Of a stretch of DNA of 64,000 nt, positions 31,259 to 44,801 are shown piece after piece. This stretch comes from Actinomycetota bacterium (lineage in GTDB: Bacteria; Actinomycetota; UBA4738; JACQTL01). Positions within the stretch are counted from its first letter, which is position 1, and each line of letters opens with the position of its first letter. The translations under genes were made by a program, and so were the position numbers. The notes under the pieces are model-generated. The model searched no databases. It was not told the DNA's origin and saw only the letters and a program-made list of their open reading frames with translations. Location: assembly GCA_046263085.1 (NCBI GenBank), contig JBHELK010000075.1, positions 5,126 to 69,125 on the forward strand, given 5' to 3'.

Positions 31259-31957
31259 GTGCAGCTCCAGGCAGTGTTCTTCGATGCCGGCGAGACGCTC
31301 GTGCACCCCCATCCGTCCTTCCCGGAGCTCCTCACCACCGCGCTCCGGGAGGAGGGCCACGAGATCGATCCGGGCTTCGTCCGGGAGCGTCTGTGGGTCG
31401 TGTCCGACCGGTTCCTGCGGGCGTCCCGCGAGAACGAGCTCTGGTCGACCTCCGCGGAGCGCTCCCGCGCCTTCTGGTCCTCGGTGTACCGGACGTTCCT
31501 CGGCGAGCTGGGCATCGAGTGGACCGACCGGCTCGCGCAGCGCCTGTACGAGACCTTCACCGACCTCGCGAACTACCGCCTCTTCGAGGACGCCGTCCCC
31601 GCACTCGAGCACCTGGAGAGCTCGGGGTTCCAGCTCGGGCTCGTGTCGAACTTCGAGGATTGGCTGGAGCGGCTGCTCGACGCCCTCGACGTCACGCGCT
31701 TCTTCGACGTTCGCGTCATCTCGGGCGCCGAGGGTGTGGAGAAGCCGGACCCGCGCATCTTCGAGCTGGCCCTCGAGCGGGCGGGGGTCGAGCCGAAGGA
31801 CTCCGCGTACGTGGGGGACAACGTGCACTTCGACATCGAACCGGCGCAGGAGGTGGGGATGCTCGCGGTACTCGTCGACCGCCGCGGCCGGTATCCCGAC
31901 CATCCCGGTATCCGCATCACCTCCCTCGACGAGCTCCCCGGAGCGCTCGGCCTGTGA
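31259..31957 (+). CDS. HAD-IA family hydrolase
   Basis: FFDAGETL, LVSN, EKPDPRIF and YVGD motifs; TATCAT -10 box 8 nt upstream. Confidence 0.9.
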   Translation: MQLQAVFFDAGETLVHPHPSFPELLTTALREEGHEIDPGFVRERLWVVSDRFLRASRENELWSTSAERSRAFWSSVYRTFLGELGIEWTDRLAQRLYETFTDLANYRLFEDAVPALEHLESSGFQLGLVSNFEDWLERLLDALDVTRFFDVRVISGAEGVEKPDPRIFELALERAGVEPKDSAYVGDNVHFDIEPAQEVGMLAVLVDRRGRYPDHPGIRITSLDELPGALGL

Positions 31958-32340
31958 GCGAGCGGGCCGAAGGGGAGGAGCCGCGCTTCAGCGTCGAGCA
32001 GGCGAACGCCATGCTCCCGGACCTGGCTCCGGCTCTCGAGGCGATGCGTGGGGCTCGCCGGGTGGTCATGGAGTCGGCCGAGCGCGTCAAGGGCAACGTG
32101 GCCGGCAACGGCGGCGGCTCGGAGTCCGAGGGATATCGCGACGCCCTCGACCTCCTCCGACGAGAGACCGAGCGCCTGTCGACGGAGGGCGTGATCGTGC
32201 GCGACGTCGAATCCGGGCTGGTGGACTTCCCGTCGGAGCGTGACGGTGCCCCGATCTTCCTGTGCTGGCGGCTGGGGGAAGAGGAGGTCGGGTTCTGGCA
32301 TCCGCCCGACACCGGCTTCGGCGGTCGCCGCCCGCTGTAA
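31954..32340 (+). CDS. DUF2203 domain protein
   Basis: FSVEQANAMLP...GLVDFP...LCWRLGE...WH...GFGGRRPL; GTGA overlap. Confidence 0.85.
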   Translation: MSERAEGEEPRFSVEQANAMLPDLAPALEAMRGARRVVMESAERVKGNVAGNGGGSESEGYRDALDLLRRETERLSTEGVIVRDVESGLVDFPSERDGAPIFLCWRLGEEEVGFWHPPDTGFGGRRPL

Positions 32341-32383
32341 CGCGACCGCCCGTGCTCGGGTTGTCGGATAGGCTCTCGCCGCC

Positions 32384-33330
<947 letters not shown>

Positions 33331-33334
<4 letters not shown>

Positions 33335-34119
33335 GCGAGGCCGGGCTCACCGTCCGCCAGGTGGGATTCACGAACCGCGCCTTCTGGCGGAACCCTCCGG
33401 CGGCGTTCTTCACGTTCGCGTTCCCCCTGATGTTCCTGGTGATCTTCACGTCGCTGTTCAGCGACACGACCGATGTGGTCATCGGCGGTGTGCTCCTGCG
33501 GGACATCCCCACGGCCTCCTATTACATCCCCGCCATCGCCACGTTCTCGATCATCACGGCCACGTACACGAACCTGGCCATCTCGGTGACGTTCCTGCGA
33601 GAGCTGGGGATCCTGAAGCGGGTCCGCGGCACGCCGATGCCGGCCGGCACGTACCTGACGGCGCGGATCATCCACGCGGTGTTCCTCGCGATCCTCCTGG
33701 TTGTGATCGTCACGGTGTTCGGCGTGCTCTTCTACGACGCGAACGTGACGCTCCGGACCCTGCCGTCGTTCGCCGCCACCGTGGCCGTGGGCGCGGCGAG
33801 CTTCTCCGCCCTCGGGTTGGCCCTGACCTCGGTCATCTCGAACGCCGACGCCTCGCCCGCGGTGGTGAACGCGAGCGTGCTTCCGCTCCTGTTCCTGTCC
33901 GGCGTGTTCATCCCGCTGACGAGCTCCAACGCCTGGTACGTGTGGGTGGCGAAGATCTTCCCCATCTACCACTTCACCCAGGCCATGCTGAACACGTTCC
34001 TGGCCCCGACCGGGAGCGGGTTCCAGGGCTGGGATCTTCTGATCATGGGTGCGTGGGGCGTCGTCGGGTTGCTCCTCGCCATCCGATTCTTTACCTGGGA
34101 GCCGAGGAACAGCGCCTGA
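33331..34119 (+). CDS. ABC-2 type exporter permease
   Basis: RNPPAAFFTF, RE.GILKR..TP, FLSGVFIP and RFFTWEP; about six TM helices. Confidence 0.9.
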
Positions 34120-34138
34120 GGGTCGGGCGTCGATTTCC

Positions 34139-34160
34139 TGTCGCGAGCGGCCTCTAGACT
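34139..34160 (+). promoter_or_regulatory. PafBC/RecA-NDp-like promoter of uvrB (TGTCGC-N10-TAGACT)
   Basis: TGTCGC at 34139-34144, 10-nt spacer, TAGACT at 34155-34160, ATG 6 nt later. Confidence 0.6.
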
Positions 34161-34166
34161 GGCTGG

Positions 34167-36194
34167 ATGCCGCCGTTCAAGGTCGTCGCCGAGTTCGAGC
34201 CCCAGGGGGACCAGCCGTCCGCCGTCGACTCGCTGGCCGAAGGCGTCCTTCGCGGCGACGACTACCAGACGCTCCTCGGCATCACCGGCTCCGGGAAGAC
34301 CTTCACCATCGCGCACCTCATCGAGAAGGTCCAGAAGCCGACGCTCGTGATCTCGCCCAACAAGTCGCTGGCCGCCCAGCTGGCGAACGAGTTCCGGCGG
34401 TTCTTCCCGGAGAACGCCGTCGAGTACTTCGTGAGCTACTACGACTACTACCAGCCTGAGGCGTACGTCCCGCAGACCGACACCTACATCGAGAAGGACA
34501 GCTCGGTGAACGACGAGATCGAGCGCCTCCGCCACTCCGCCACCGCCGCGCTTCTGACCCGGCGCGACGTGCTCATCGTCGCCAGCGTGTCGTGCATCTA
34601 CGGCCTCGGGTCGCCGGAGGAGTACGAGGGACGCATCCTGCGGGTGCACCGCGGCGTGACGCTCGACCACGACTGGGCCATCCGCCGGCTCGTCGACATC
34701 CAGTACCAGCGCACGACCGGGCCGCTCACCCGCGGCCGGTTCCGCGTCGTGGGCGACACCATCGAGATCCATCCGGCGTACGAGGAGTCGATCGTTCGCA
34801 TCGAGATGTGGGGTGACGACATCGAACGCATCGCCATCGTCGACCCCGTGACCGGGGAGGTCCTGAAGGAGCTGAACGACGTCACCGTGTACCCGGCAAC
34901 GCACTACGTCGCCGGCGACGACACCATGAAGCGGGCCATATCGACCATCGAGGACGAGCTCCAGCACCGGCTGGCGCAGCTGGAGTCGGAGTCGAAGCTC
35001 CTGGAGGCCCAGCGCCTCCGGATGCGCACGAACTACGACCTGGAGATGATGCGGGAGGTCGGTTTCTGCAGCGGCATCGAGAACTACTCGCGGCACATCG
35101 ACGGCCGCTCGCCCGGCACGGCGCCGTACACGCTGCTCGATTACTTCCCGGAGGACTGGCTGTGCGTCATCGACGAGTCGCACGTCACGGTCCCGCAGCT
35201 GCACGGGATGTACGAGGGAGACATGTCGCGCAAGCGAACCCTCGTGGAATTCGGGTTCCGCCTGCCGAGCGCACTCGACAACCGCCCGCTGCGGTTCGAG
35301 GAGTTCGGCGAGCGGGTGCAGCAGGTCGTGTTCATGAGCGCCACGCCGAGCCCGTACGAGCTCCAGGTCTCGAAGCAGGTCGCGGAGCAGGTGGTCCGGC
35401 CGACGGGCCTGATCGATCCGGAGGTCGAGGTCCGCCCGACGCGCGGCCAGGTCGACGACCTCATCGAGGAGATCCGGCGCCGGGCGGAAGCCGGTGAGCG
35501 CGTGCTCGTCACCACGCTCACGAAGAAGATGTCCGAGGACCTCACCGACTACCTGATCGAGATGGGGATCCGCGTGCGGTACCTGCACTCCGAGATCGAC
35601 ACCGTGCAGCGCATCGAGATCATCCGGGACCTGCGCCTCGGGGAGTTCGACGTGCTCGTGGGCATCAACCTCCTGCGGGAGGGGCTCGACCTGCCGGAGG
35701 TCTCGCTCGTCGCCATCCTCGACGCCGACAAGGAGGGGTTCCTGCGGTCGGAGACGTCGCTGATCCAGACCATCGGGCGAGCGGCCAGGAACGTCGCCGG
35801 CAAGGTCATCATGTACGCCGACGCGGTGACCGATTCCATGAAGCGCGCCATCAGCGAGACGCAGCGCCGCCGCAAGATCCAGATGGAGTACAACACCGAG
35901 CACGGCATCGACCCGCAATCCATCCGCAAGGAGGTCTCGGACATCCTGCTCGGGATGGAGGAGGACCTCCTGGGCGGCGGCTCCCGGAAGGGGGCCACGC
36001 CGGAGAAGCGGCGACGCAGGCGCGAGCGTCCGGAGCTGCCGAGCGAGGAGCTGGAGCGGCTGATCCAGACGCTCGAGGAGGAGATGCACCAGGCCGCGAA
36101 GGATCTCCGGTTCGAGTACGCGGCCCGGCTCCGCGACGAGGTCAAGGACCTGCGCACCGAGCTCAACGCGATGCGACGGGCGGGCGTCCGATAG
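34167..36194 (+). CDS. uvrB: Excinuclease ABC subunit B
   Basis: [50 protein letters not shown] and C-terminal UVR domain. Confidence 0.99.
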   Translation: MPPFKVVAEFEPQGDQPSAVDSLAEGVLRGDDYQTLLGITGSGKTFTIAHLIEKVQKPTLVISPNKSLAAQLANEFRRFFPENAVEYFVSYYDYYQPEAYVPQTDTYIEKDSSVNDEIERLRHSATAALLTRRDVLIVASVSCIYGLGSPEEYEGRILRVHRGVTLDHDWAIRRLVDIQYQRTTGPLTRGRFRVVGDTIEIHPAYEESIVRIEMWGDDIERIAIVDPVTGEVLKELNDVTVYPATHYVAGDDTMKRAISTIEDELQHRLAQLESESKLLEAQRLRMRTNYDLEMMREVGFCSGIENYSRHIDGRSPGTAPYTLLDYFPEDWLCVIDESHVTVPQLHGMYEGDMSRKRTLVEFGFRLPSALDNRPLRFEEFGERVQQVVFMSATPSPYELQVSKQVAEQVVRPTGLIDPEVEVRPTRGQVDDLIEEIRRRAEAGERVLVTTLTKKMSEDLTDYLIEMGIRVRYLHSEIDTVQRIEIIRDLRLGEFDVLVGINLLREGLDLPEVSLVAILDADKEGFLRSETSLIQTIGRAARNVAGKVIMYADAVTDSMKRAISETQRRRKIQMEYNTEHGIDPQSIRKEVSDILLGMEEDLLGGGSRKGATPEKRRRRRERPELPSEELERLIQTLEEEMHQAAKDLRFEYAARLRDEVKDLRTELNAMRRAGVR

Positions 36195-37225
36195 CGGATC
36201 TCGCGGTCCGCGCGCCGCTCGGGTGGCTCGGGCCAGGCCGGGTGGTCGAGGACGTCGTCGTGGCGTTCGACCGGGGCCGGATCGAGTTCGCGGGGCAGGC
36301 CACGATCTCCGAGGACGTCTCCACGATCGACGTCGACGGGTTCCTGATGCCCGGTGCCGTCGACCGTCACGTCCACATCGGGCTGTCGGAGCCGGCGGCG
36401 GTGCTGGCCGGCGGCGTGGTGGCGGTCCGCGACCTGGGCTGGCCGCCCACCGAGATCCTGCCGCTCGCCGACGCGTCGGAGAGCCCCGGGTTCGAGGGCC
36501 CGTTGATCCGGGCCGTCGGTCCGATCCTCACGTGTCGCGGCGGGTATCCGTCTCGGGCCGGGTGGGCGCCGGCCGGCACCGCGCTGGAGGTCGGCGGTCC
36601 TGACCTGGCCGCCGCAGCGACGACCCGCGTGCTCGACGACACCGGTGTGCCGGTCGTGAAGGTCGCGCTGAACGCCGAGGCCGGCCCGACGCTGTCCGAC
36701 GAGGAGCTCGTGGCGATCTGCGACACGGCGCACCGGCGACAGGCCATCGTCACCTGCCACGTGGAGGGCCGGGCTCAGGTGGAGCGCGCGCTCGGAGCGG
36801 GCGTCGACGAGCTCGCCCACTGCCCATGGTCCGAGCCCCTGTCGGAGGACCTCGCCGCGGCCGTGGCGTCCCGGATGCGGATCGTCTCGACACTCGACAT
36901 CCATTCCTTCGGCGAGGACACGCCCGACCTCCGGCGGGCGACCGAGAACCTCAACCGCTTCCTCCAGGCGGGAGGGACGGCGACGTACGGCACCGATCTC
37001 GGCAACGGGGACATCCCGGCCGGCATCCACGTGGGGGAGGCGTGGCACCTCAGGCGAGCCGGCCTGTCGCCCGAGGGCGTGCTGGAGGCCATGACGTTCC
37101 GGCCGCTCGAATCGGGGGAGCCCGCCGACCTCATCGCGCTCGGCGGCGATCCCCTCGAGGACCTCGACGCACTGGGCGACGTGCGCCTGGTGGTCCGCTC
37201 GGGACGCATCGCGCTCCGGCGCTGA
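36191..37225 (+). CDS. Metal-dependent amidohydrolase
   Basis: [19 protein letters not shown] and YGTDLG motifs; start either ATA at 36191 (overlapping the uvrB stop) or GTG at 36242. Confidence 0.85.
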   Translation: MADLAVRAPLGWLGPGRVVEDVVVAFDRGRIEFAGQATISEDVSTIDVDGFLMPGAVDRHVHIGLSEPAAVLAGGVVAVRDLGWPPTEILPLADASESPGFEGPLIRAVGPILTCRGGYPSRAGWAPAGTALEVGGPDLAAAATTRVLDDTGVPVVKVALNAEAGPTLSDEELVAICDTAHRRQAIVTCHVEGRAQVERALGAGVDELAHCPWSEPLSEDLAAAVASRMRIVSTLDIHSFGEDTPDLRRATENLNRFLQAGGTATYGTDLGNGDIPAGIHVGEAWHLRRAGLSPEGVLEAMTFRPLESGEPADLIALGGDPLEDLDALGDVRLVVRSGRIALRR

Positions 37226-37383
37226 GGCGAGGGCGCGCCGTGTCGCCCCGCGGGGGTGGGGCGTTCATCGGCGAAGGCGGATCGCCCGGCCAGACCGGGG
37301 CGGACGCCGATGTCGCCTACCGCGTTAGCTCCGACCCCACCCGGGCCCTTGCGGATCATTCCACCTCGGCCCACCATGCCCGC

Positions 37384-38686
37384 GTGGACCGGCCGCAGAC
37401 TTCCTACGCCTGGAATGGCGGCGTCGCGATCGCCTATCAGGTAATCGGCTCCGGCAGTCGCGACGTCCTCCTCGCTCCGGGGTCGGTCACGCACCTCGAG
37501 CTGCAATGGGACGAGCCGCGAGCGCGGCGCTTCCTCGAGCGCTTGGCCGGGTTCTCCCGCCTGATCGTGATGGACCCCCGCGGGTTGGGGCTCTCCGACC
37601 GGCTCACCGAGATCCCTACGTTAGAGGAGCGGGCGGCCGACGTGCTGTCCGTGCTCGACGCAGCGGGCAGCGAGCGGGCGACGCTCTTCGGCAACGCCGA
37701 CACGGGACCGGCGTGCATCGCCGCAGCCGCGACCTACACCGATCGGATAGAGGCACTCATCCTGTTCGGCACGTACGCCAGGGTGGGTTGGACCGACGAG
37801 GATTGGGCGACCTTCGGCTCGCAGGTGAGGGAGTTGTGGGGTTCGACGTCGCTCATCGACGACGCCGCCCCGTCCCTGGCCGGAGACGAGGCGTTCCGCC
37901 AGTGGTACTCGACGCTCATGCGGGTCGGCGCGAGCCCGGGGGCCATCCTGCTCCTCGGCGAGATGACGAGGGAGGTCGACGTACGACCGCTGCTGCCGCT
38001 CGTGCTGGTGCCTACGCTCGTCGTGCACCGCAGTGGCGACCGGGTGAACCCCGTCGAGCTTGGCCGAGAGCTGGCCGAGAACATCCCCGGAGCCACGTGG
38101 GTGAAAGTACCCGGCGAGGACTTCGTCCTTTGGGCGGGCGACACCAACACGCTGCTCGACGAAGTCGAGGAGTTCCTGACGGGGGAGCCGCGGCGCCGCC
38201 GCGCCCACCAGGGTCGTCGCCACGGTGATGTTCACCGACGTCGTCGGCTCCACCGAACACCTCGGCTCTCTTGGCGATCGCGGCTGGGCCGATCTGCTGG
38301 AAACTCACGACGCTCGCGTGCGCGCCCAGCTCCGTCGATTCGGCGGACAAGAGATCGACACCGCGGGTGACGGGTTCTTCGCGTGGTTCCCCTCAGCCAC
38401 CGCTGCGATCCGCTGCGCCATAGCCGTGCGCGAAGCCGTCGTCGAGATCGGCGTGGAACTGCGGATCGGGATCCACACCGGCGAATGCGAGATCGTCGGT
38501 GACAAGCTGCGAGGGATGGCCGTGCACATCGGCGCACGCGTGGGATCGAAAGCGGGGGCGGGGGAGATCCTCGTTTCCCGGACGGTACGCGATCTGCTGA
38601 TCGGCTCGGCGTTCGTCTTCGAGGGCCGCGGCGAGCACCAGTTGAAGGGCGTCGGCGGCACCTGGCTGCTGTACGCGGTGGTCTGA
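37384..38686 (+). pseudogene. Alpha/beta-hydrolase plus class III adenylate/guanylate cyclase fusion, frameshifted by an extra G at 38181-38185
   Basis: N-part MDRPQTSYA..IAYQV...DPRGLGLSDR; removing one G gives EEFLTGSRGAAAPTRVVATVMFTDVVGST...TAGDGFF...RIGIHTGE...HIGARV...LKGV. Confidence 0.8.
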
Positions 38687-38697
38687 AGCGACGAGGC

Positions 38698-39849
38698 TCA
38701 GAGCAGGGCGCGAAGCTCACGGAACAGCCGGTCGACGTCGTCGTCGGTGTTGAAGAAGTGGGGGGACACGCGCAGGCCGTCGCCGCGATGGTCGGTGCAG
38801 ACGTCGCGCTCCAGCAGGGCGTGGCAGATCTTGCGGGCCTCCTCGCCGACCTTCACGTTCACGAGCCCGCCGCGGTGGTTCCGGTCCCGGAGCGTGCGGA
38901 TCTCGAGCCCGAGCTCGTCGGCTCCGGCCATCACGCGGTCGGTCAGCTCGCCGATGCGCTCCCGGATGGCCGCCGGCCCGACCTCGGTGATGATGTCGAG
39001 GCCCCCCTGGGCCAGGAACGCCACCGGCGCGGGGGGCGTGCCGTGCTCCAGGCGGCGCGCCGTCTCGTGGTAGTCGAGATGGGCGAGGTCGAACGAGAAG
39101 GGCTCCCGGGTCGCGAACCACCCGGTCACGGCGGGTTCCAGCGATGCCAGCAGGTCGCGCCGCGCGTAGAGGAACGTCAGCCCCGGTCCCCCGCACAGCC
39201 ACTTCAGCACGCCCGCCGTGTAGAAGTCGCATCCCAGGTCGTGCACGTCGACGGGGATGACCCCCGCCCCGTGGAAGTCGTCGACGATGGACCACGCCCC
39301 CGCCCGGCGCGCCATGTCGCAGATGGCCCTGGCGTCGATCAGCGTGCTCGAGCGGTACAGCACGCGATTGATGCACACGGCGGCGGTCGTCTCGTCGATG
39401 GCGGCCTCGTACTCCTCGAGCGGGATGGTCAGGCCGTCGGGCGACTCCAGGATCACGACCTCCGCCCCGCGCGGGCGCTGTGCGAGGAACACGTGCCCGT
39501 CGGTGGGGAAGTCCAGGTCGGACAGGACGAGCTTGCGCCGCTCACCCGAGAAGTCGATGCACGACGTGATCGTCGACAGCGCCAGCGACACGTTCGTGGT
39601 GATGGAGAGCTCCTCGGGATCGGCCCCGACGAGACCGGCGAACGTTCGCTTCACCGAGCCCATGCGAGGGAAGACGTGCTCCTCCCACACCGGGTCCGGC
39701 GCCCCCTCGGTCCGCCACGCCTCGAGGTATTCCTGCAGGTATGCGTCGGCCCGGCGCGAGATCGGGCCGAGCGACGCGCTGATCAGATAGGCCTTGCGCT
39801 CCGTGATCGGGAACTCCTCCCGATACCGGAGAAGATCCGGAGCGGTCAT
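38698..39849 (-). CDS. PLP-dependent class V aminotransferase-fold enzyme (kynureninase-like)
   Basis: DFPT, VDDFHGAG, GVLKWLCGGPG, GWFA, HGTPP and RVSPHFFN; ATGA overlap with the peptidase gene. Confidence 0.85.
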   Translation of the reverse strand: MTAPDLLRYREEFPITERKAYLISASLGPISRRADAYLQEYLEAWRTEGAPDPVWEEHVFPRMGSVKRTFAGLVGADPEELSITTNVSLALSTITSCIDFSGERRKLVLSDLDFPTDGHVFLAQRPRGAEVVILESPDGLTIPLEEYEAAIDETTAAVCINRVLYRSSTLIDARAICDMARRAGAWSIVDDFHGAGVIPVDVHDLGCDFYTAGVLKWLCGGPGLTFLYARRDLLASLEPAVTGWFATREPFSFDLAHLDYHETARRLEHGTPPAPVAFLAQGGLDIITEVGPAAIRERIGELTDRVMAGADELGLEIRTLRDRNHRGGLVNVKVGEEARKICHALLERDVCTDHRGDGLRVSPHFFNTDDDVDRLFRELRALL

Positions 39850-41822
39850 CGGGGGGCCGGCATGTGCCGCTCGAACCAGTCCACGAGCCTCGTGCAGAAA
39901 TCGAGATACGCGGGGTACTTCCGGACGCCGTGGCCCTCGCCGGGATAGATCGCGAGGTCCGTCTCGATGCCGTGTTCCCGGAGGGCCTGATGGAACTCGA
40001 CGGCCTGGCCGGGCGGTGTGCAGCGGTCCTCGGTGCCCGCGGTGAGCAATGTGGGCGTCCGGACCCGATCGGCGAACATCACCGGGCTTCGCTCGAAGTA
40101 CGCCCCGCCGGGCCCGGGATCCTCGCCGAGGAACGTGCGGTCCCAGAACCCGATGTTGCTCGTCCAGTGCTGCGAGTAGTAGTCGGTGACGGGGGAGATG
40201 GCCACTGCGGCGGCGAACCGATCGGTCCGTGTCACCAACCACGCAGTCATGAAGCCGCCGTAGCTGCCGCCCATGACGCCCACGCGGGCCGGATCCGCGA
40301 TCCCGCGCTCGACCACCGCGTCGATCCCGGCGAGCACGTCGGCGGCGTCGGCCCCGCCCATGTCGCCGATCACGGCCTCCTGGAAGGCCTGGCCGCGCCC
40401 GGTGCTCCCGCGGGGATTGGCGAGCAGCACCGCGCACCCACGCGACACGAGCAGCGGTGTGGTCGCGTACCCCATGGACCACCGGTTCGAGTGCGCGCCG
40501 ATGGGGCCGCCGTGGACGTCCACCACCAGCGGATGAGGGCCGGGGCCGTCCGGGATCACCACGAACCCGTCGATCTCGACACCGTCCTGCGCCGTCCAGG
40601 ACAGCCGCTCCACCCGGCCCCCGCGCTCCGAGAGGAATCGGGTGCCGTCGTGCGCGAACGAGACGACGGTCTCCGGCTTCCCCTCGCGGAAGACCGCGAT
40701 CTCGGGAGGACGGTCGTAGCTCTCGAGGACCGCGACGAACCCGTCGTCCCCGATGGGTTCGCCGGTGCCGTGGCGGCCGCCGATGGCCTCTTCGCCCATC
40801 CACAGGTCGGTGACGGCCCCGGTCCGGGCGTCGACCTGGCCGCCCACCGACTCGCGCCGGCGCGTGCCGAGGAAGACGAGCCGGTCGTCGTCGCGCCACG
40901 ACACGAACGAGGCGTCCGCGCCGCGCGGGTCGATCTCGGTGACGGAGCCCGACTCCGGGTCGACGAGCACGACGTCACCCTCGAGGTAGCCGCGATCGCT
41001 CGCCACCGCCCGGACCAGGGCGAGGTGCGCCCCGGACGGTGCGGCGGCGACGAAGCCGAGCTGCCGGTCGGGGCGGCCCGTGCTCAGCAGGTCGCGGTCC
41101 CGTCCCGACCCGGCGTCGATCATGACGAGCCGCGCGGAGAACCAGGCTTCCTCGCTCGGATCGTCCGACACGATGGCGGCGATCCGGTCCGGCCCGCACC
41201 ACGCCGCCTCCCACACGGTCAGCCCGTCGCGGGAGACGACACGCACCTCCCGCGTCTCGATGTCGACGACGTGCAACCGGCGGCGTCCCTCGCTCTCGCG
41301 GACGATCGGGATCCAGTCGGGCAGGTCGTCGTCGGTGTCGATTCGCCCCGAGCCTTCGGCCACGCCGCGTTCGGCCCCCGGCTCGGCCACGCCGAGCAGG
41401 ATCCTGCGGCCGTCGGGGGAGAAGGCGTGATACTCGACCGAGCCCTCCATCTCCGGCATCGTCTCGGCCTCCCCCAGGAGATCGCGCGCCAGGACGAAGA
41501 GCTGGTTGCGGCCCTTCTTCGTGCGATCCGAGAGGAACGCCAGACGCCGGCCGTCCGGCGACCAACGGGGAAGGGAGTCGTCGTTGGGACCGTGGGTGAT
41601 CTCGGTGACCTCGCCGCTCTCCACGTCGGCCAGGCAGATCCGGGTGGTCGGGGACCCCTCGAGCTTCTCCAGCTTCGATCCCGTGAACGCCACGCGCAGC
41701 CCGTCGGGTGAGGGGGCCAGGTGGTCGGCCCCGGTGACGCGGCCGAAGCCCGGGCCCAGCCTGCGGGTGAAGTGCTCCTCGATCTCGCGGTAGAGCGGGG
41801 TGTCCCTGATGTCGCGTTTCAC
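39846..41822 (-). CDS. S9 family (acylaminoacyl/prolyl oligo-) peptidase
   Basis: PD40-like WSPDG repeats, VHGGP, NPRGSTGRG, GGSYGG nucleophile, DRC and EGHG. Confidence 0.93.
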   Translation of the reverse strand: MKRDIRDTPLYREIEEHFTRRLGPGFGRVTGADHLAPSPDGLRVAFTGSKLEKLEGSPTTRICLADVESGEVTEITHGPNDDSLPRWSPDGRRLAFLSDRTKKGRNQLFVLARDLLGEAETMPEMEGSVEYHAFSPDGRRILLGVAEPGAERGVAEGSGRIDTDDDLPDWIPIVRESEGRRRLHVVDIETREVRVVSRDGLTVWEAAWCGPDRIAAIVSDDPSEEAWFSARLVMIDAGSGRDRDLLSTGRPDRQLGFVAAAPSGAHLALVRAVASDRGYLEGDVVLVDPESGSVTEIDPRGADASFVSWRDDDRLVFLGTRRRESVGGQVDARTGAVTDLWMGEEAIGGRHGTGEPIGDDGFVAVLESYDRPPEIAVFREGKPETVVSFAHDGTRFLSERGGRVERLSWTAQDGVEIDGFVVIPDGPGPHPLVVDVHGGPIGAHSNRWSMGYATTPLLVSRGCAVLLANPRGSTGRGQAFQEAVIGDMGGADAADVLAGIDAVVERGIADPARVGVMGGSYGGFMTAWLVTRTDRFAAAVAISPVTDYYSQHWTSNIGFWDRTFLGEDPGPGGAYFERSPVMFADRVRTPTLLTAGTEDRCTPPGQAVEFHQALREHGIETDLAIYPGEGHGVRKYPAYLDFCTRLVDWFERHMPAPR

Positions 41823-41849
41823 GTCGCCCCCTTCGCCTCCAGCCTAGGG

Positions 41850-41871
41850 TGTCGGTGAGGGCCCGTACAAT
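41850..41871 (+). promoter_or_regulatory. PafBC/RecA-NDp-like promoter of uvrA (TGTCGG-N10-TACAAT)
   Basis: TGTCGGTGagggcccgTACAAT matches the mycobacterial TGTCGG-N10-TANNNT consensus. Confidence 0.75.
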
Positions 41872-41880
41872 GGTTGTCGT

Positions 41881-44772
<2,892 letters not shown>

Positions 44773-44801
44773 TCCATCGGTTGGATAGGATTCGCCTCGC
44801 C

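Noticed and set aside
32362-32374. TGTCGG before the ABC exporter as a PafBC motif
   Set aside because: It is only 1 nt from the -10 box rather than 10.
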